A stretch of 64,000 nucleotides of DNA from Cyanobacteriota bacterium. Its GTDB lineage: Bacteria; Cyanobacteriota; Cyanobacteriia; PCC-6307; Cyanobiaceae. Below are positions 11,079-21,759 of the stretch, piece by piece (positions within the stretch are counted from its first letter, which is position 1; each line of letters starts with the position of its first letter). Made by a program: the position numbers and the translations under genes. The stretch lies in assembly GCA_046052125.1 (NCBI GenBank), contig JBJOMY010000007.1, positions 11,114-75,113 on the forward strand, written 5' to 3'. The notes below the pieces were generated by a model. That model was given only the letters and a program-made list of their open reading frames with translations. It had not been told where the DNA came from and searched no databases.

Positions 11079-13422
11079 GCCCCAGCAACAGGGCGTTCAC
11101 CACCACCGTGATTGAACTAGAGGCCATCAACAGCGCTGCCAGGGGAGGGGAGAGCACAACGCCAAAGCCTGGCAGCAGAACACCAGCAGCGATGGGCAGC
11201 ACCACCAGGTTGTAGCCAAAGGCCCAGGCCAGGTTCTGCCTCACCTTGGCCATGATCCGGCGCGCCAGGCCCAGCGCCTGCGGAATGGCCATCAGCTGAT
11301 CGCCCAGCACCACCAGATCGGCTGTATCCATGGCGATCTGGGTGCCGGTACCCACCGCGATGCCCAGATCGGCCGCTGCCAGGGCCGGCGCATCGTTGAT
11401 CCCATCGCCCACCATCGCCACCGGTGCGTGGGCGCGAGCCTGCTGCAGCCGCTCAAGCTTCTGCTGCGGGAGAAGCTCCCAGACCAGTTGATCGGGGCGC
11501 AGGCCGAGCGTGCGGCCAAGGCGCTGCACCGGGCCCTGGCGGTCGCCGCTGAGCACCGCAAGGCTGAATCCCATGGCGCCAAGGGCTGCCAGAGCCGCTT
11601 GCGCATCAGGGCGCAGGGGATCGTCAATCGCAAGCAGGGCCAGCAAACGCCCTTCGCCGGCCAGAGCCACCACCGTGGCGCCATGGCTCTCCTGCTCCTG
11701 CAACCAGGTCTGCTGTTCCGGCTGAAGGGGTGTGCCCTCAGCTACCACCCAAGCGAGGCGGCCCAGGCGGCAGCGACCGAACCCGGGAACATCGCCCTCA
11801 AGGCCATCACCAGCGAAGGTCTGAGCCTCCTGCACCGCCAGCAGCGGCAAGTCGAGCTCCTGGGCGCGCTGGAGCAGCGCGTGGGCCAGGGGGTGGCGGG
11901 TGTCTGCTTCCAAGCTGGCCGCCACGTGCACAACAACCTCCGGACTGAGCCCGGGCTGCGATGCATGAATCCCCACAAGGCTGGGGCGACCCAGCGTGAG
12001 GGTGCCGGTTTTATCGAAAAACACGGCACGCAAACCAGCCGCGGCCTCAATCACATCGCCACCGCGAAACAGGATGCCGGCCTTGGCCGCCAACCCCGTC
12101 CCGACGCTGATCGCAGCCGGCGTGGCCAACCCCAACGCACAGGGACAGGCCACCACCAGCACGGCGATGCTCAGCTGCAGCCCGAGCACAAAGGGCGTTT
12201 CCGCTCCCATCCCCAGGCTCTGATGCCCTCCATGGGCATGGGCCGAGGGAGCAGCGGCAAGCACCTGGGGCCAGAGCTGGGCGCCCACAAGCCACCAAAA
12301 CAGCAGGGTGGCCAGGGCAAACAGCATCACGGCCACGCTGAAACGACCTGCCACTCGGTCGGTGAGTCCCTGAATCGGCCCCTTGCGGGATTGGGCCTGC
12401 TCCACCAAGGCAATGATCCGCGCCACGGCGCTGTCGCGGCCGGCCCGCAGCACCTCCAGCACGAGCGGTGCCTGCAGGTTGAGACTGCCGGCGGCTAGCT
12501 CAGCACCAATCCCCACCTCGAGTGGCAAGGGTTCGCCAGTGAGGCTCGACACATCCAGGCTGGAGGCCCCCTCGAGCACGCGGCTATCCACGGGGACGCG
12601 ATCCCCCGGCAGCAGCCGCAGGCGATCGCCTGGCCTCAGCGCACCCACACGCACAGGCCGGGTTGTGGCCTCTGGGCCCTCCCCCACGAGCAGCAATGCC
12701 TCATCGGGCTGCAGCAGGGCCAGATCCTGCAGGGCCCGACCGGTCCGGAAGCGGGCCCGCTCCTCAAGGAAGCGCCCCAGCAACACGAAGCCCAGCAGCA
12801 TCACCGGCTCGTTGAAGAAGCACTGCCAACCCACCGCGGGCCAGATCAGGGCCACGAGGCTCGCGGCATAGGCGCTGGCCATCCCCAGGCCCACCAGGGT
12901 GTCCATCCCCGGGGCACCAGCGAAGGCCGATCGCCAGCCGCGCACAAGAATCGGGCGCCCCGGCAGGGCCAGGGCCAAGGTGGCCACCACGGCATGCACC
13001 CAGATCTGGGCAAGCCAGGGCAGCGGCAGCTGACCCACCTCAGCCAGATGCCCTGCAGCTGAAACGAGCAGCAGCAACAACGCCACCAGCAGCTGCCGCC
13101 AGCGCTCCCACCAACTGAGCCGCTGCTGGCGAATCAGCGGAGAATCGGGGCTCTGCTCCTCACGGCGGTGGGCCTGATAGCCCATCCCAGCGAGAGCTTC
13201 AATCAACGTCTGGGCCGGATCAGTGGCCAGCTGGGCGGCAAGGTCCGGGTCAAGCCCCACCCAGGCGGTGCGATTCAGCAGGCTCACGCTGGCCTGACGC
13301 ACGCCGGGCTGCGCCAACAAGCGCTGCTCCACGGCTCGCACGCAGCCACCGCATTTCATTCCTTCCACATCCAGCAGCAGGGCAGCCACGGGCTGCGGAG
13401 CCTGGTTAATGCCGCTGCTCAC
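11068..13422 (-). CDS. ctaA: P1B-type heavy-metal (copper) translocating ATPase, CtaA-like
   Basis: GMKCGGC metal-binding domain, TGEP, CPC, DKTGT, GDGINDAP. Confidence 0.88.
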   Translation of the reverse strand: MSSGINQAPQPVAALLLDVEGMKCGGCVRAVEQRLLAQPGVRQASVSLLNRTAWVGLDPDLAAQLATDPAQTLIEALAGMGYQAHRREEQSPDSPLIRQQRLSWWERWRQLLVALLLLLVSAAGHLAEVGQLPLPWLAQIWVHAVVATLALALPGRPILVRGWRSAFAGAPGMDTLVGLGMASAYAASLVALIWPAVGWQCFFNEPVMLLGFVLLGRFLEERARFRTGRALQDLALLQPDEALLLVGEGPEATTRPVRVGALRPGDRLRLLPGDRVPVDSRVLEGASSLDVSSLTGEPLPLEVGIGAELAAGSLNLQAPLVLEVLRAGRDSAVARIIALVEQAQSRKGPIQGLTDRVAGRFSVAVMLFALATLLFWWLVGAQLWPQVLAAAPSAHAHGGHQSLGMGAETPFVLGLQLSIAVLVVACPCALGLATPAAISVGTGLAAKAGILFRGGDVIEAAAGLRAVFFDKTGTLTLGRPSLVGIHASQPGLSPEVVVHVAASLEADTRHPLAHALLQRAQELDLPLLAVQEAQTFAGDGLEGDVPGFGRCRLGRLAWVVAEGTPLQPEQQTWLQEQESHGATVVALAGEGRLLALLAIDDPLRPDAQAALAALGAMGFSLAVLSGDRQGPVQRLGRTLGLRPDQLVWELLPQQKLERLQQARAHAPVAMVGDGINDAPALAAADLGIAVGTGTQIAMDTADLVVLGDQLMAIPQALGLARRIMAKVRQNLAWAFGYNLVVLPIAAGVLLPGFGVVLSPPLAALLMASSSITVVVNALLLGRDD

Positions 13423-13523
13423 GGATTCGCGGGTGAGTGGCTACAGGCTAGGGAGTGCGAACAGCTCAAGCAGCCGCCACCGCAGGCAGGTGAGGATGGG
13501 CCCACGAAGCTCCGCGAACCGCC

Positions 13524-14045
13524 GTGCCCCGCTCTCAGCGCAACGACAACTTCATCGACAAGAGCTTCACGGTGATGGCGGACCTGATTCTCAAGGTGCT
13601 GCCCACCAACCAACGGGCGAAAGAAGCGTTTGCGTACTACCGCGATGGCATGAGTGCCCAGGCCGATGGCGAGTACGCCGAAGCCCTCGATAACTACGCC
13701 GAAGCGCTGAAGCTCGAAGAAGACCCCAACGACCGCGCCTTCATCCTCTACAACATGGCGCTGGTGTACGCCAGCAACGGTGAGCACGAGAAGGCCCTCG
13801 AGCAGTACGGCCAGGCCCTTGATCTCAACAGCAAGATGCCGCAAGCCCTGAACAACATGGCGGTGATTCACCACCACCTGGGCTCCCTCGCCGAAGAGCA
13901 GGGCGACAGCGACCTGGCTGATCGCCACTTCGATCAGGCCGCTGATCTCTGGACCAAGGCGATCCGCCTGGCCCCGAACAACTACATCGAGGCTCAGAAC
14001 TGGCTGAAGACCAGCGGCCGCGGCAGCGTCGATGTGTACTTCTGA
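13524..14045 (+). CDS. ycf3: Photosystem I assembly protein Ycf3
   Basis: [22 protein letters not shown]...[11 protein letters not shown]; TPR repeats. Confidence 0.97.
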   Translation: MPRSQRNDNFIDKSFTVMADLILKVLPTNQRAKEAFAYYRDGMSAQADGEYAEALDNYAEALKLEEDPNDRAFILYNMALVYASNGEHEKALEQYGQALDLNSKMPQALNNMAVIHHHLGSLAEEQGDSDLADRHFDQAADLWTKAIRLAPNNYIEAQNWLKTSGRGSVDVYF

Positions 14046-14084
14046 GGCAAGGCCAGCGCTTTAGGCGTTGAGCAAACGCTGGAT

Positions 14085-15536
14085 TCAGGCGCGATCGTCG
14101 GCCGGGTTCACGCCCAGCGCCGCCACCAGCGCTTCGGCGACGCCGCCGGCCTCGAGCAGCTGAAGATCCAGGCCTGCAGCCAGCCGTCCCAGGCCACTGC
14201 CCTTGGGCACCACGGCCCGGCGGAAGCCGAGGCGCGCCGATTCCTGCAGGCGCTGCTCCAGCTGGGCCACCGGGCGCAGCTGCCCGCCCAGGCCCAGCTC
14301 ACCGATCAACACCGTGCCCGGCGGCAGGGTGAGATCGCGGTAGCTGGCCACCACGGCCGCGGCCACTCCCAGATCCGCCGCCGGTTCCTCCACCTCAAGT
14401 CCACCCGCCACCGCCAGATAGCAATCGAAGCGTGAGAGGGGCAGGCCCAAATGCTTCTCCAGCACAGCCAAGATCTGGTGAAGCCGGTTGGTGCCAATGC
14501 CCGTGGCCGTGCGACGCGGGCTCGCGTAGCTGGTGGTGCTCACCAGGGCCTGCAGCTCCACCACCAAAGGGCGTGTGCCTTCGCAGGCCACGATCGTGGC
14601 GGTGCCGGCGCTGGGCTCATCGCTGCCCAGGAACAGCTCACTGGGGTTGAGCACCTGGGCCAGGCCCTGGCCGCGCATCTCAAACACGCCCAGCTCATGG
14701 GTGGCACCAAAGCGGTTCTTCACCGCCCGCAGCAGCCTGTGGCTAGCGAAGCGGTCCCCCTCAAAGGTGAGCACCGCATCCACCAGGTGCTCCAGCACCT
14801 TCGGCCCAGCGAGCATGCCTTCTTTGGTCACGTGGCCCACCAGCAGCAGGGCCGTGTCCTGGCGCTTGGCGATGCGGGCTAGGGCAGCCGCGCACTCCCG
14901 CACCTGGGCCACCGAGCCCGGAGCGCTGCCCAGCTCGCCGTCGTGCAACGCCTGGATGCTGTCGATCACCGCCACGGCCGGGCGCAGCGCCTCCAGCTCC
15001 TGCAGCACCAACTCCAGATCGGTTTCAGCCAGCAACTGCAGGCCAGGACCGCCGGGCGCAGCATCCGCCGGCAACGGCGCGAGCTCCCCCTGCTCCTCCG
15101 CCAGGCGGCGCCAGCGCAACTTCACCTGCTGAGCTGATTCCTCAGCGCTCACATAGAGCACGGAATGGCGGGCCGCCATGGCCTGGGCGCTCTGCAAGAG
15201 CAGGGTGCTCTTGCCAATGCCCGGATCCCCGCCGAGCAACACCAGCGAGCCGGGCACCAAACCGCCACCCAGCACGCGATCCAGCTCGCCGTAGCCACTG
15301 CAGAGCCGCTGCAGGGGGCGATCCCCCACCGCCGCGATCGGCTCGGAGCGGCGCGGCGCGGCCGGGATGGCGGCTTCCGCTGGGGCAGCCACCGGACGGC
15401 GGCGGCGGTTGTCGGTGGGGGCAGCGCTCTGCTCCACCAGGGTGTTCCAGTTGCCGCAGCCGGAGCAGCGACCAAAAAACTGACGGCTCTGCGCTCCGCA
15501 GCTCTGGCAGACGTAGAGGCTGGTGGCGCGGGCCAA
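14085..15536 (-). CDS. radA: DNA repair protein RadA/Sms
   Basis: N-terminal CxxC...CxxC zinc finger, GDPGIGKSTLLLQ, KNRFG. Confidence 0.96.
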   Translation of the reverse strand: MARATSLYVCQSCGAQSRQFFGRCSGCGNWNTLVEQSAAPTDNRRRRPVAAPAEAAIPAAPRRSEPIAAVGDRPLQRLCSGYGELDRVLGGGLVPGSLVLLGGDPGIGKSTLLLQSAQAMAARHSVLYVSAEESAQQVKLRWRRLAEEQGELAPLPADAAPGGPGLQLLAETDLELVLQELEALRPAVAVIDSIQALHDGELGSAPGSVAQVRECAAALARIAKRQDTALLLVGHVTKEGMLAGPKVLEHLVDAVLTFEGDRFASHRLLRAVKNRFGATHELGVFEMRGQGLAQVLNPSELFLGSDEPSAGTATIVACEGTRPLVVELQALVSTTSYASPRRTATGIGTNRLHQILAVLEKHLGLPLSRFDCYLAVAGGLEVEEPAADLGVAAAVVASYRDLTLPPGTVLIGELGLGGQLRPVAQLEQRLQESARLGFRRAVVPKGSGLGRLAAGLDLQLLEAGGVAEALVAALGVNPADDRA

Positions 15537-15633
15537 AACGGTGTATGAAGAAAGGTGGCTACCGCAGAACCCGGAGGCCTGCCGACCTTTTCAGTAGGTC
15601 GAACTACTTAACCCGTCCACAGCGAGTGGCGCA

Positions 15634-16395
15634 ATGACGGCCTCAACCGCCACACCTTCCTCCTCCGCCAAGGAAACCATCCTGGTGGTCGACGATGAAG
15701 CAAGCATCCGCCGCATCCTCGAGACCCGCCTCTCGATGATCGGCTACCAGGTGGTGACCGCCTGCGACGGCCAGGAAGCGATCGAAGCCTTCCGTCAGTG
15801 CAACCCCGATCTGGTGGTGCTCGACGTGATGATGCCCAAGCTCGATGGCTACGGCGTCTGCCAGGAGCTGCGCAAGGAATCCGATGTGCCGATCGTGATG
15901 CTCACGGCCCTCGGCGATGTGGCTGACCGCATCACCGGCCTGGAGCTCGGTGCCGACGATTACGTCGTGAAGCCGTTCAGCCCCAAGGAGCTAGAGGCCC
16001 GCATCCGCTGCGTGCTGCGCCGGGTGGAGAAAGACAGCGTGGCCGGCATCCCCAACTCCGGCGTGATCCGGGTGGGTGAGCTGCGCATCGACACCAACAA
16101 ACGCCAGGTGTACCGCGGTGAGGAGCGCATCCGGCTCACCGGGATGGAGTTCAGCCTTCTGGAACTCCTGGTGGGCCGCAGCGGCGAACCCTTCAGCCGC
16201 GGCGAGATCCTCAAGGAGGTGTGGGGCTACACGCCGGAGCGGCATGTGGACACCCGGGTGGTGGATGTTCATATCTCCCGCCTGCGCTCCAAACTGGAGG
16301 ACGATCCGGCCAACCCTGAGCTGATCCTCACGGCACGGGGCACCGGTTATCTGTTCCAACGCATCGTTGACGCTGTTGCCTCCGAAGCCCTCTGA
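15634..16395 (+). CDS. rpaB: Response regulator RpaB (Ycf27)
   Basis: ILVVDDEASIRRILETRLSMIGY...ELILTARGTGYLFQR. Confidence 0.95.
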   Translation: MTASTATPSSSAKETILVVDDEASIRRILETRLSMIGYQVVTACDGQEAIEAFRQCNPDLVVLDVMMPKLDGYGVCQELRKESDVPIVMLTALGDVADRITGLELGADDYVVKPFSPKELEARIRCVLRRVEKDSVAGIPNSGVIRVGELRIDTNKRQVYRGEERIRLTGMEFSLLELLVGRSGEPFSRGEILKEVWGYTPERHVDTRVVDVHISRLRSKLEDDPANPELILTARGTGYLFQRIVDAVASEAL

Positions 16396-17740
16396 CGCCC
16401 CAGGCCACGGTTCCGGCAATCGCCGGGGGCGTCCCCGCGCCATTCGGCGGCTGGAGATCTGGTATCGCCGCAATGCGGCGGTGACCAGCTTGGTGGGCAC
16501 AGCAACGGCAACGGCCAATGCAGCAGCCACAGCCGCCAATGCGGCGGGATCCGTGGCGGGATCGGCGGCCGGTGCAGCCGCTGGCGCTGCGGCCGGGGCG
16601 GCCAACATGGTGCTGCAGCCGCTGGTGTTCGATCCCCTGCGCCGGCTGCAACGGGGTGTGGGAGGTAGCGAAGGAACGCCGATCAACGACGCCGAGCGGC
16701 TCTGGGTGGCCGTGGATGGCATGGGCGGCGACTACGCCCCGGGGCCAATCCTCGAGGGCTGTCTGCGGGCGGTGCGCCTGCTGCCTTTGCGGGTGAAGTT
16801 TGTGGCCGAGGCCAGCGCGGTGGAAGCGGCGGTGGCCGAGTTGAACCTCACGGAGGAGCTCGAGGCCGCCCAACAGGAAGGCCTGCTGGAGCTGGTGCCC
16901 AGCGGCGTGTCGGTGGGCATGGATGAAGAAGCCACCGTGGTGCGCAAAAAGCGCGACGCCAGCATCAACCTGGCCATGGATCTGGTGAAGGCGGGCGAGG
17001 CCACCGCCGTGTATTCAGCCGGCAACTCCGGGGCGGTGATGGCATCAGCGATCTTCCGCTTGGGTCGCCTCAAGGGGATCGATCGCCCCGCCATTGGAGC
17101 TCTCTTTCCCACCAAGGACCCCGAGCAGCAGGTGCTGGTGCTGGATGTGGGCGCCAACATGGATGCCAAGCCCGCCTACCTGCACCAGTGGGCCCTGCTG
17201 GGCAACATCTACAGCCGCGATGTGCTTCAGGTGGCAAAGCCCCGCGTTGGCCTACTCAACATCGGCGAAGAGGAGTGCAAGGGCAACGACCTAGCCCTGC
17301 GCACCTATCCCCTGATGGCGGAAGAAACGCGCTTCACCTTCGCCGGGAACTGCGAAGGCCGCGATGTGCTCTCCGGTGAATTCGATGTGGTGGTGTGCGA
17401 CGGCTTCACCGGCAACGTGCTGCTGAAGTTCCTGGAGAGCGTGGGCAGCGTGCTGCTGGATGTGCTCAAGGCCGAGCTACCCCGGGGCCGCCGCGGCAAG
17501 GTGGGCTCCGCCTTCTTGATGAGCAACCTGCGCCGCATCAAGAAGCGCCTCGACCACGCGGAACACGGCGGTGCACTGCTGCTGGGCGTGAACGGCGTGT
17601 GCGTGATCGGCCATGGCAGCAGCAAGGCCCTCTCAGTGGTGAGCGCATTGCGCATCGCCCACTCCGCCGCCAACCACGGGGTGATGGATGACCTGCAGCA
17701 GCTGAGCAGCGGCGCCGAGGCCGCCATTGCCTGTGGTTGA
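16367..17740 (+). CDS. plsX: Phosphate acyltransferase PlsX with Ala/Gly-rich N-terminal extension
   Basis: VAVDGMGGDYAP, SAGNSGA, IDRPAI, GHGSS. Confidence 0.93.
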   Translation: MTLLPPKPSDAPGHGSGNRRGRPRAIRRLEIWYRRNAAVTSLVGTATATANAAATAANAAGSVAGSAAGAAAGAAAGAANMVLQPLVFDPLRRLQRGVGGSEGTPINDAERLWVAVDGMGGDYAPGPILEGCLRAVRLLPLRVKFVAEASAVEAAVAELNLTEELEAAQQEGLLELVPSGVSVGMDEEATVVRKKRDASINLAMDLVKAGEATAVYSAGNSGAVMASAIFRLGRLKGIDRPAIGALFPTKDPEQQVLVLDVGANMDAKPAYLHQWALLGNIYSRDVLQVAKPRVGLLNIGEEECKGNDLALRTYPLMAEETRFTFAGNCEGRDVLSGEFDVVVCDGFTGNVLLKFLESVGSVLLDVLKAELPRGRRGKVGSAFLMSNLRRIKKRLDHAEHGGALLLGVNGVCVIGHGSSKALSVVSALRIAHSAANHGVMDDLQQLSSGAEAAIACG

Positions 17741-17765
17741 CTGAGCCCACCGTTGGGTTGAACGG

Positions 17766-18800
17766 GTGGGGCTCGGCCAGACAAGCAGCATCGGCCACCC
17801 GATCGGGATGGCCCTGGTGGGCTGCGGCAGTGCCGTGCCGGCGATCAGCGTCAGCAACCAACAGCTGAGCGAGCGGGTCGACACCAGCGACGAATGGATC
17901 CGCACGCGGACAGGGATCGGCGCACGCCGCATCTGTGCCGCCGATGAACCCCTCACCGTGCTGGCCAGCCGCGCCGCCCAGGCCGCCCTCGACCACGCCG
18001 GCTGGGCCGCCGAGGATCTGGACCTGATCCTGATGGCCACCTCCAGCCCCGACGATCTCTTCGGCACGGCACCGCGGGTGCAAGGCGCCATCGGGGCTCG
18101 CAACGCTGTGGCCTTCGACCTCACCGCGGCCTGCAGCGGTTTTCTGTTTGCCCTGATCACCGCGGGGCAATACCTGCGCAGCGGTGCCATGCGCCGCGCC
18201 CTCGTGATCGGCGCCGATCAACTGAGCCGCTGGGTGGACTGGGACGACCGCACCACCTGTGTGCTGTTCGGCGATGGTGCCGCCGCGGTGGCGGTGGAAG
18301 CCTGCCCGGATGAGCAGAACGGCCTGCTGGGCTTCCGCATGCACTCCGATGGCAGCCGCAACGGCTGTCTCACCCTGGCCCAGACCGACAGCCATACCGA
18401 TGTGTTGGGGGGCGTGAGCGCCCAGGTGGGCGGTTTCGCCCCGCTGCGCATGAACGGCCAAGAGGTGTACAAATTCGCCGTGCGCGAGGTGCCGGCCGTA
18501 CTCAAAGAACTGCTCGAGAGCACGGGAACGCCCGCCTCGGATCTCAACTGGCTGCTGCTGCACCAGGCCAACCAGCGCATCCTTGATGCCGTGGCCGATC
18601 GCTTCGCGATTCCCCATGAGCGGGTGCTCAGCAACCTGGCCAGCTACGGCAATACCTCCGCCGCCACCATCCCGCTGATGCTCGATGAAGCGGTGAAGGA
18701 TGGCCGCGTTAAAGCGGGTGATCTGATCGCCAGCAGCGGCTTCGGCGCCGGCCTCAGTTGGGGTGGGGCGCTGCTGCGCTGGGCCGGACCTCAGGGCTGA
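17766..18800 (+). CDS. fabH: 3-oxoacyl-ACP synthase III (start may be ATG 17808)
   Basis: DTSDEWIRTRTGI, AACSGF, HQAN, GNTSAA, GFGAGLSWG. Confidence 0.96.
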   Translation: MGLGQTSSIGHPIGMALVGCGSAVPAISVSNQQLSERVDTSDEWIRTRTGIGARRICAADEPLTVLASRAAQAALDHAGWAAEDLDLILMATSSPDDLFGTAPRVQGAIGARNAVAFDLTAACSGFLFALITAGQYLRSGAMRRALVIGADQLSRWVDWDDRTTCVLFGDGAAAVAVEACPDEQNGLLGFRMHSDGSRNGCLTLAQTDSHTDVLGGVSAQVGGFAPLRMNGQEVYKFAVREVPAVLKELLESTGTPASDLNWLLLHQANQRILDAVADRFAIPHERVLSNLASYGNTSAATIPLMLDEAVKDGRVKAGDLIASSGFGAGLSWGGALLRWAGPQG

Positions 18801-18862
18801 CCTGCGGGCTGGCTTAGCTCCCGCCGCGTAATGTCCCCCCCGACAGTGCAACGCGAGCGGCC

Positions 18863-19753
18863 ATGGGTATCGCCTGGGTGTTTCCCGGACAGGGCTCACA
18901 AAAGCTGGGCATAGCAGCCGGCGTGCTCGAGCTTCCCGGCGCGAAGGAGCGCTTCGCCGCTGCCTCCGAGCTGCTGGGCCGCGACCTGCTGGCCATCTGC
19001 GCTGGCGAAGCAGCCGGTGAACTGAGCGATCTCAACGACACCCGCAACACCCAGCCGGCCCTGTTCGTGATCGAAAGCCTGCTGGTGGATGGCCTGCGCG
19101 CCCAGGGACGCCAGGCGGATCGGGTGGCAGGCCACAGCCTCGGCGAGTTGGTGGCGCTCTATGCCGCCGGTGTGTTCGACGTGGAGACGGGTTTAAAGCT
19201 GATGAAGACCCGCAGCGAGCTGATGGCAGCCGCCGGTGGTGGCGCCATGACCGCTGTGATGGGATTTGATCGCGGCGAACTCGATCAATTGGTGGCTGCC
19301 ACCGACGGCGTGGTGATCGCCAACGACAACAGCAGCGCCCAGGTGGTGCTCTCGGGCTCACCCGAGGCTGTGGCCACCGTGAGCGGTGCCCTCAAGTGCA
19401 AACGAGCCATCCCCCTGGCCGTGAGCGGCGCCTTCCACTCTCCGTTCATGCAGCAGGCCGCTGAAGCCTTTGCTGCTGAGCTGGAGGCCGTGCCCTTTGC
19501 CGATGCCAGCATCCCCGTGCAGAGCAACACCGATCCGAGCCCCGAAACCAGCGGTGCGGCCCTGAAGGCCCGGCTGAAAAGCCAGATGACCACCGGCGTG
19601 CGCTGGCGCGAAACCATGGAGCGCTTCAGCAGCGACAGCATCGACACCGCCGTGGAGATCGGCCCGGGCAACGTGCTCAGCGGCCTGATCAAGCGCAGCT
19701 GCGAGGGAATCACCACCGCCCAGATCAGCAGCGCCGCCGATCTCGGCCTGTGA
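18863..19753 (+). CDS. fabD: Malonyl-CoA:ACP transacylase
   Basis: FPGQGSQ, GHSLGE, VSGAFHS. Confidence 0.96.
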   Translation: MGIAWVFPGQGSQKLGIAAGVLELPGAKERFAAASELLGRDLLAICAGEAAGELSDLNDTRNTQPALFVIESLLVDGLRAQGRQADRVAGHSLGELVALYAAGVFDVETGLKLMKTRSELMAAAGGGAMTAVMGFDRGELDQLVAATDGVVIANDNSSAQVVLSGSPEAVATVSGALKCKRAIPLAVSGAFHSPFMQQAAEAFAAELEAVPFADASIPVQSNTDPSPETSGAALKARLKSQMTTGVRWRETMERFSSDSIDTAVEIGPGNVLSGLIKRSCEGITTAQISSAADLGL

Positions 19754-20505
19754 ACAAGCCCGTGCAGGCGATGAAACGGGCCCTGCGGCGGCGCCGCAAA
19801 CCGGCTGAGCCACCGGCGCTGCTGCGCACACCGCGCCCGAGCCTCACCTACCGGCTGGTGAGCTACCTGCTGGTGTTCCCGATCTACCGGCTGCTCTTCC
19901 GCGGCCGCACCGCCGGCAACGCCAACGTGCCCCAAGAGGGTGCCCTGGTGGTGGTGGCCAACCACGGATCCCACCTCGATCCCCCACTTCTGGGTCACGC
20001 TCTGGGCCGCCCGGTGGCCTTCATGGCCAAGGCGGAACTGTTTCGAATCCCCGTGCTCGGGCCGATCATCCGCGCCTGCGGCGCCTACCCCGTGGCCCGC
20101 GGCGCCAGCGATCGAGAAGCGATCCGCACCGCCACCGACCGGCTCGAGCAGGGCTGGGCCACCGGCGTGTTCATTGATGGCACCCGCCAGGCCGATGGCC
20201 GGGTGAACAACCCCCAGCCGGGCGCCGCCCTATTGGCAGCCCGCGCCGGGGTGCCGCTGCTGCCCGTGGCGATCATCAACAGCCACCGAGCCCTCGGCAC
20301 CGGATCCAAACAGCCGCGGCTGGTGCCTGTGCACATCCGCATCGGCACGCCCATCCCGCCACCGGCCTCCCGCAAACGGGCCGACCTCGATGCCGCCACC
20401 GCGGCCTGCCAGGCCCAGATCAACGCCCTGCTGGAGCAGGGACTGATCAGCGGCCCGGCGCTTGCTCCAGCAGCGGAGCGAACCGCGCTGCCGCCCAGCT
20501 CCTGA
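19750..20505 (+). CDS. plsC: 1-acyl-sn-glycerol-3-phosphate acyltransferase
   Basis: NHGSHLDPP, FMAKAELF, FIDGTR. Confidence 0.9.
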   Translation: MNKPVQAMKRALRRRRKPAEPPALLRTPRPSLTYRLVSYLLVFPIYRLLFRGRTAGNANVPQEGALVVVANHGSHLDPPLLGHALGRPVAFMAKAELFRIPVLGPIIRACGAYPVARGASDREAIRTATDRLEQGWATGVFIDGTRQADGRVNNPQPGAALLAARAGVPLLPVAIINSHRALGTGSKQPRLVPVHIRIGTPIPPPASRKRADLDAATAACQAQINALLEQGLISGPALAPAAERTALPPSS

Positions 20506-21121
20506 GATCACGGCCCGTGAGCACCCAAAGGGCGGCCCGGGCGCCATCGCCCCAGATCTTGCGCCAACCCTCCGGCTGACAGCGCTCACCGCAAGTCACG
20601 GCCACAGGCGTGAGGCCGATGCCGCGGCTGCCTGCCACCAGCCGCCCCACGAGCATCGCCCGCTCCATGTGGTCGCTGCTCGTCACCAAGAGCACATGGC
20701 GCACCTTGGCGCGCTTGAGCTCGTCCACGATCGAGGTGAAGTTGGTGAGCGTGTCGGTGGCGCGGTAATCGAGCTGAACCCTTCCGGCATCAAGGCCCTG
20801 GCGGCCGAACAGCCAGTGGGCATATTCGGGATTGCTGCCTCCGCTCACCAGCACCGGCAAGCCGTCGCGGCGAGCCAGCTCGCCGGCCACGCGCTCGCGC
20901 TCCACATCACCGCCGAGCACCAGGATCATTTGAGGCGGCGGCAACGGGGGCTGCCAGAGCCCCCGCGACAGCACCACCAGACCACCGGCCGCCAAGAGCG
21001 CCAGCAACCAGCGGCCCCGGCTGGGCCGCCGGCGCGGCGAACGCGTCTTGGGGCGCGGGCGCCGGCGAGGCGTCTGGCGCTGAGTGGGAACCGAGCGGCG
21101 GCGGACCGGCTCAGCCATCAC
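20447..21121 (-). CDS. YdcF/DUF218 family protein
   Basis: N-terminal TM helix, ILVLGG, VSGG, TLTNF, LVTSSDHMER. Confidence 0.85.
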   Translation of the reverse strand: MMAEPVRRRSVPTQRQTPRRRPRPKTRSPRRRPSRGRWLLALLAAGGLVVLSRGLWQPPLPPPQMILVLGGDVERERVAGELARRDGLPVLVSGGSNPEYAHWLFGRQGLDAGRVQLDYRATDTLTNFTSIVDELKRAKVRHVLLVTSSDHMERAMLVGRLVAGSRGIGLTPVAVTCGERCQPEGWRKIWGDGARAALWVLTGRDLRSWAAARFAPLLEQAPGR

Positions 21122-21759
21122 AAGCCCTCCACCGGACTAGTGGGGTAGAGGGGAAGCACCGGTGCCCAGGGGCCTTCCAGCCCCGCCGCATGGGCCAATT
21201 GCCCAAGCTCGAGCAGCTGCAGGGCGTCAGCCTCAGGATCCACCAGCGCTGCTTCCCTGGGATCGCTGCCACCCCAGGCTTCTTGGGCGGGGATCAGCCT
21301 GGGCTGCTCCAGCTCTGCAACACCGCCTAACGCGCGGGGATCGACGCCGTAACAACCCACCACGCTGCCGCGCCGGGGCAGCACCTGCTCGAGCCAGATC
21401 CGCTCACAGCCGGCCATGGCGGCGCCGGGTGCCACCAGCCGCCGCGCCATCAACAAAAAGCTGCTGAAGCCATGCAGAGGAATCTGCAGCTGCTGCGCCA
21501 GGGTGCGGGCGAACACCACCGTGAGCCGGGTGCCGGTGAAACCACCCGGGCCAGTCGCCACCACCAAACGCCCGATCTGCGGCCAGTGCTCGGCGGGCAG
21601 CAGCTGTTCCACGCAGGGGAGCAGTTCATTGGACAGGCGGCGGCCCAAAAGGAAACTCGCCACCTGAGCAGACGCGCCAGACGGGCCAAGGGGCTGCAGA
21701 GCCACGCCAAGGGTCTCGCTCGAGCTGTGCAGAGCCAGCAACAGGGGCTCAGCACTCAT
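21118..21759 (-). CDS. tsaB: tRNA threonylcarbamoyladenosine biosynthesis protein TsaB
   Basis: LLALHSSSE, VATGPGGFTGTR, PLYPTSP. Confidence 0.88.
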   Translation of the reverse strand: MSAEPLLLALHSSSETLGVALQPLGPSGASAQVASFLLGRRLSNELLPCVEQLLPAEHWPQIGRLVVATGPGGFTGTRLTVVFARTLAQQLQIPLHGFSSFLLMARRLVAPGAAMAGCERIWLEQVLPRRGSVVGCYGVDPRALGGVAELEQPRLIPAQEAWGGSDPREAALVDPEADALQLLELGQLAHAAGLEGPWAPVLPLYPTSPVEGL

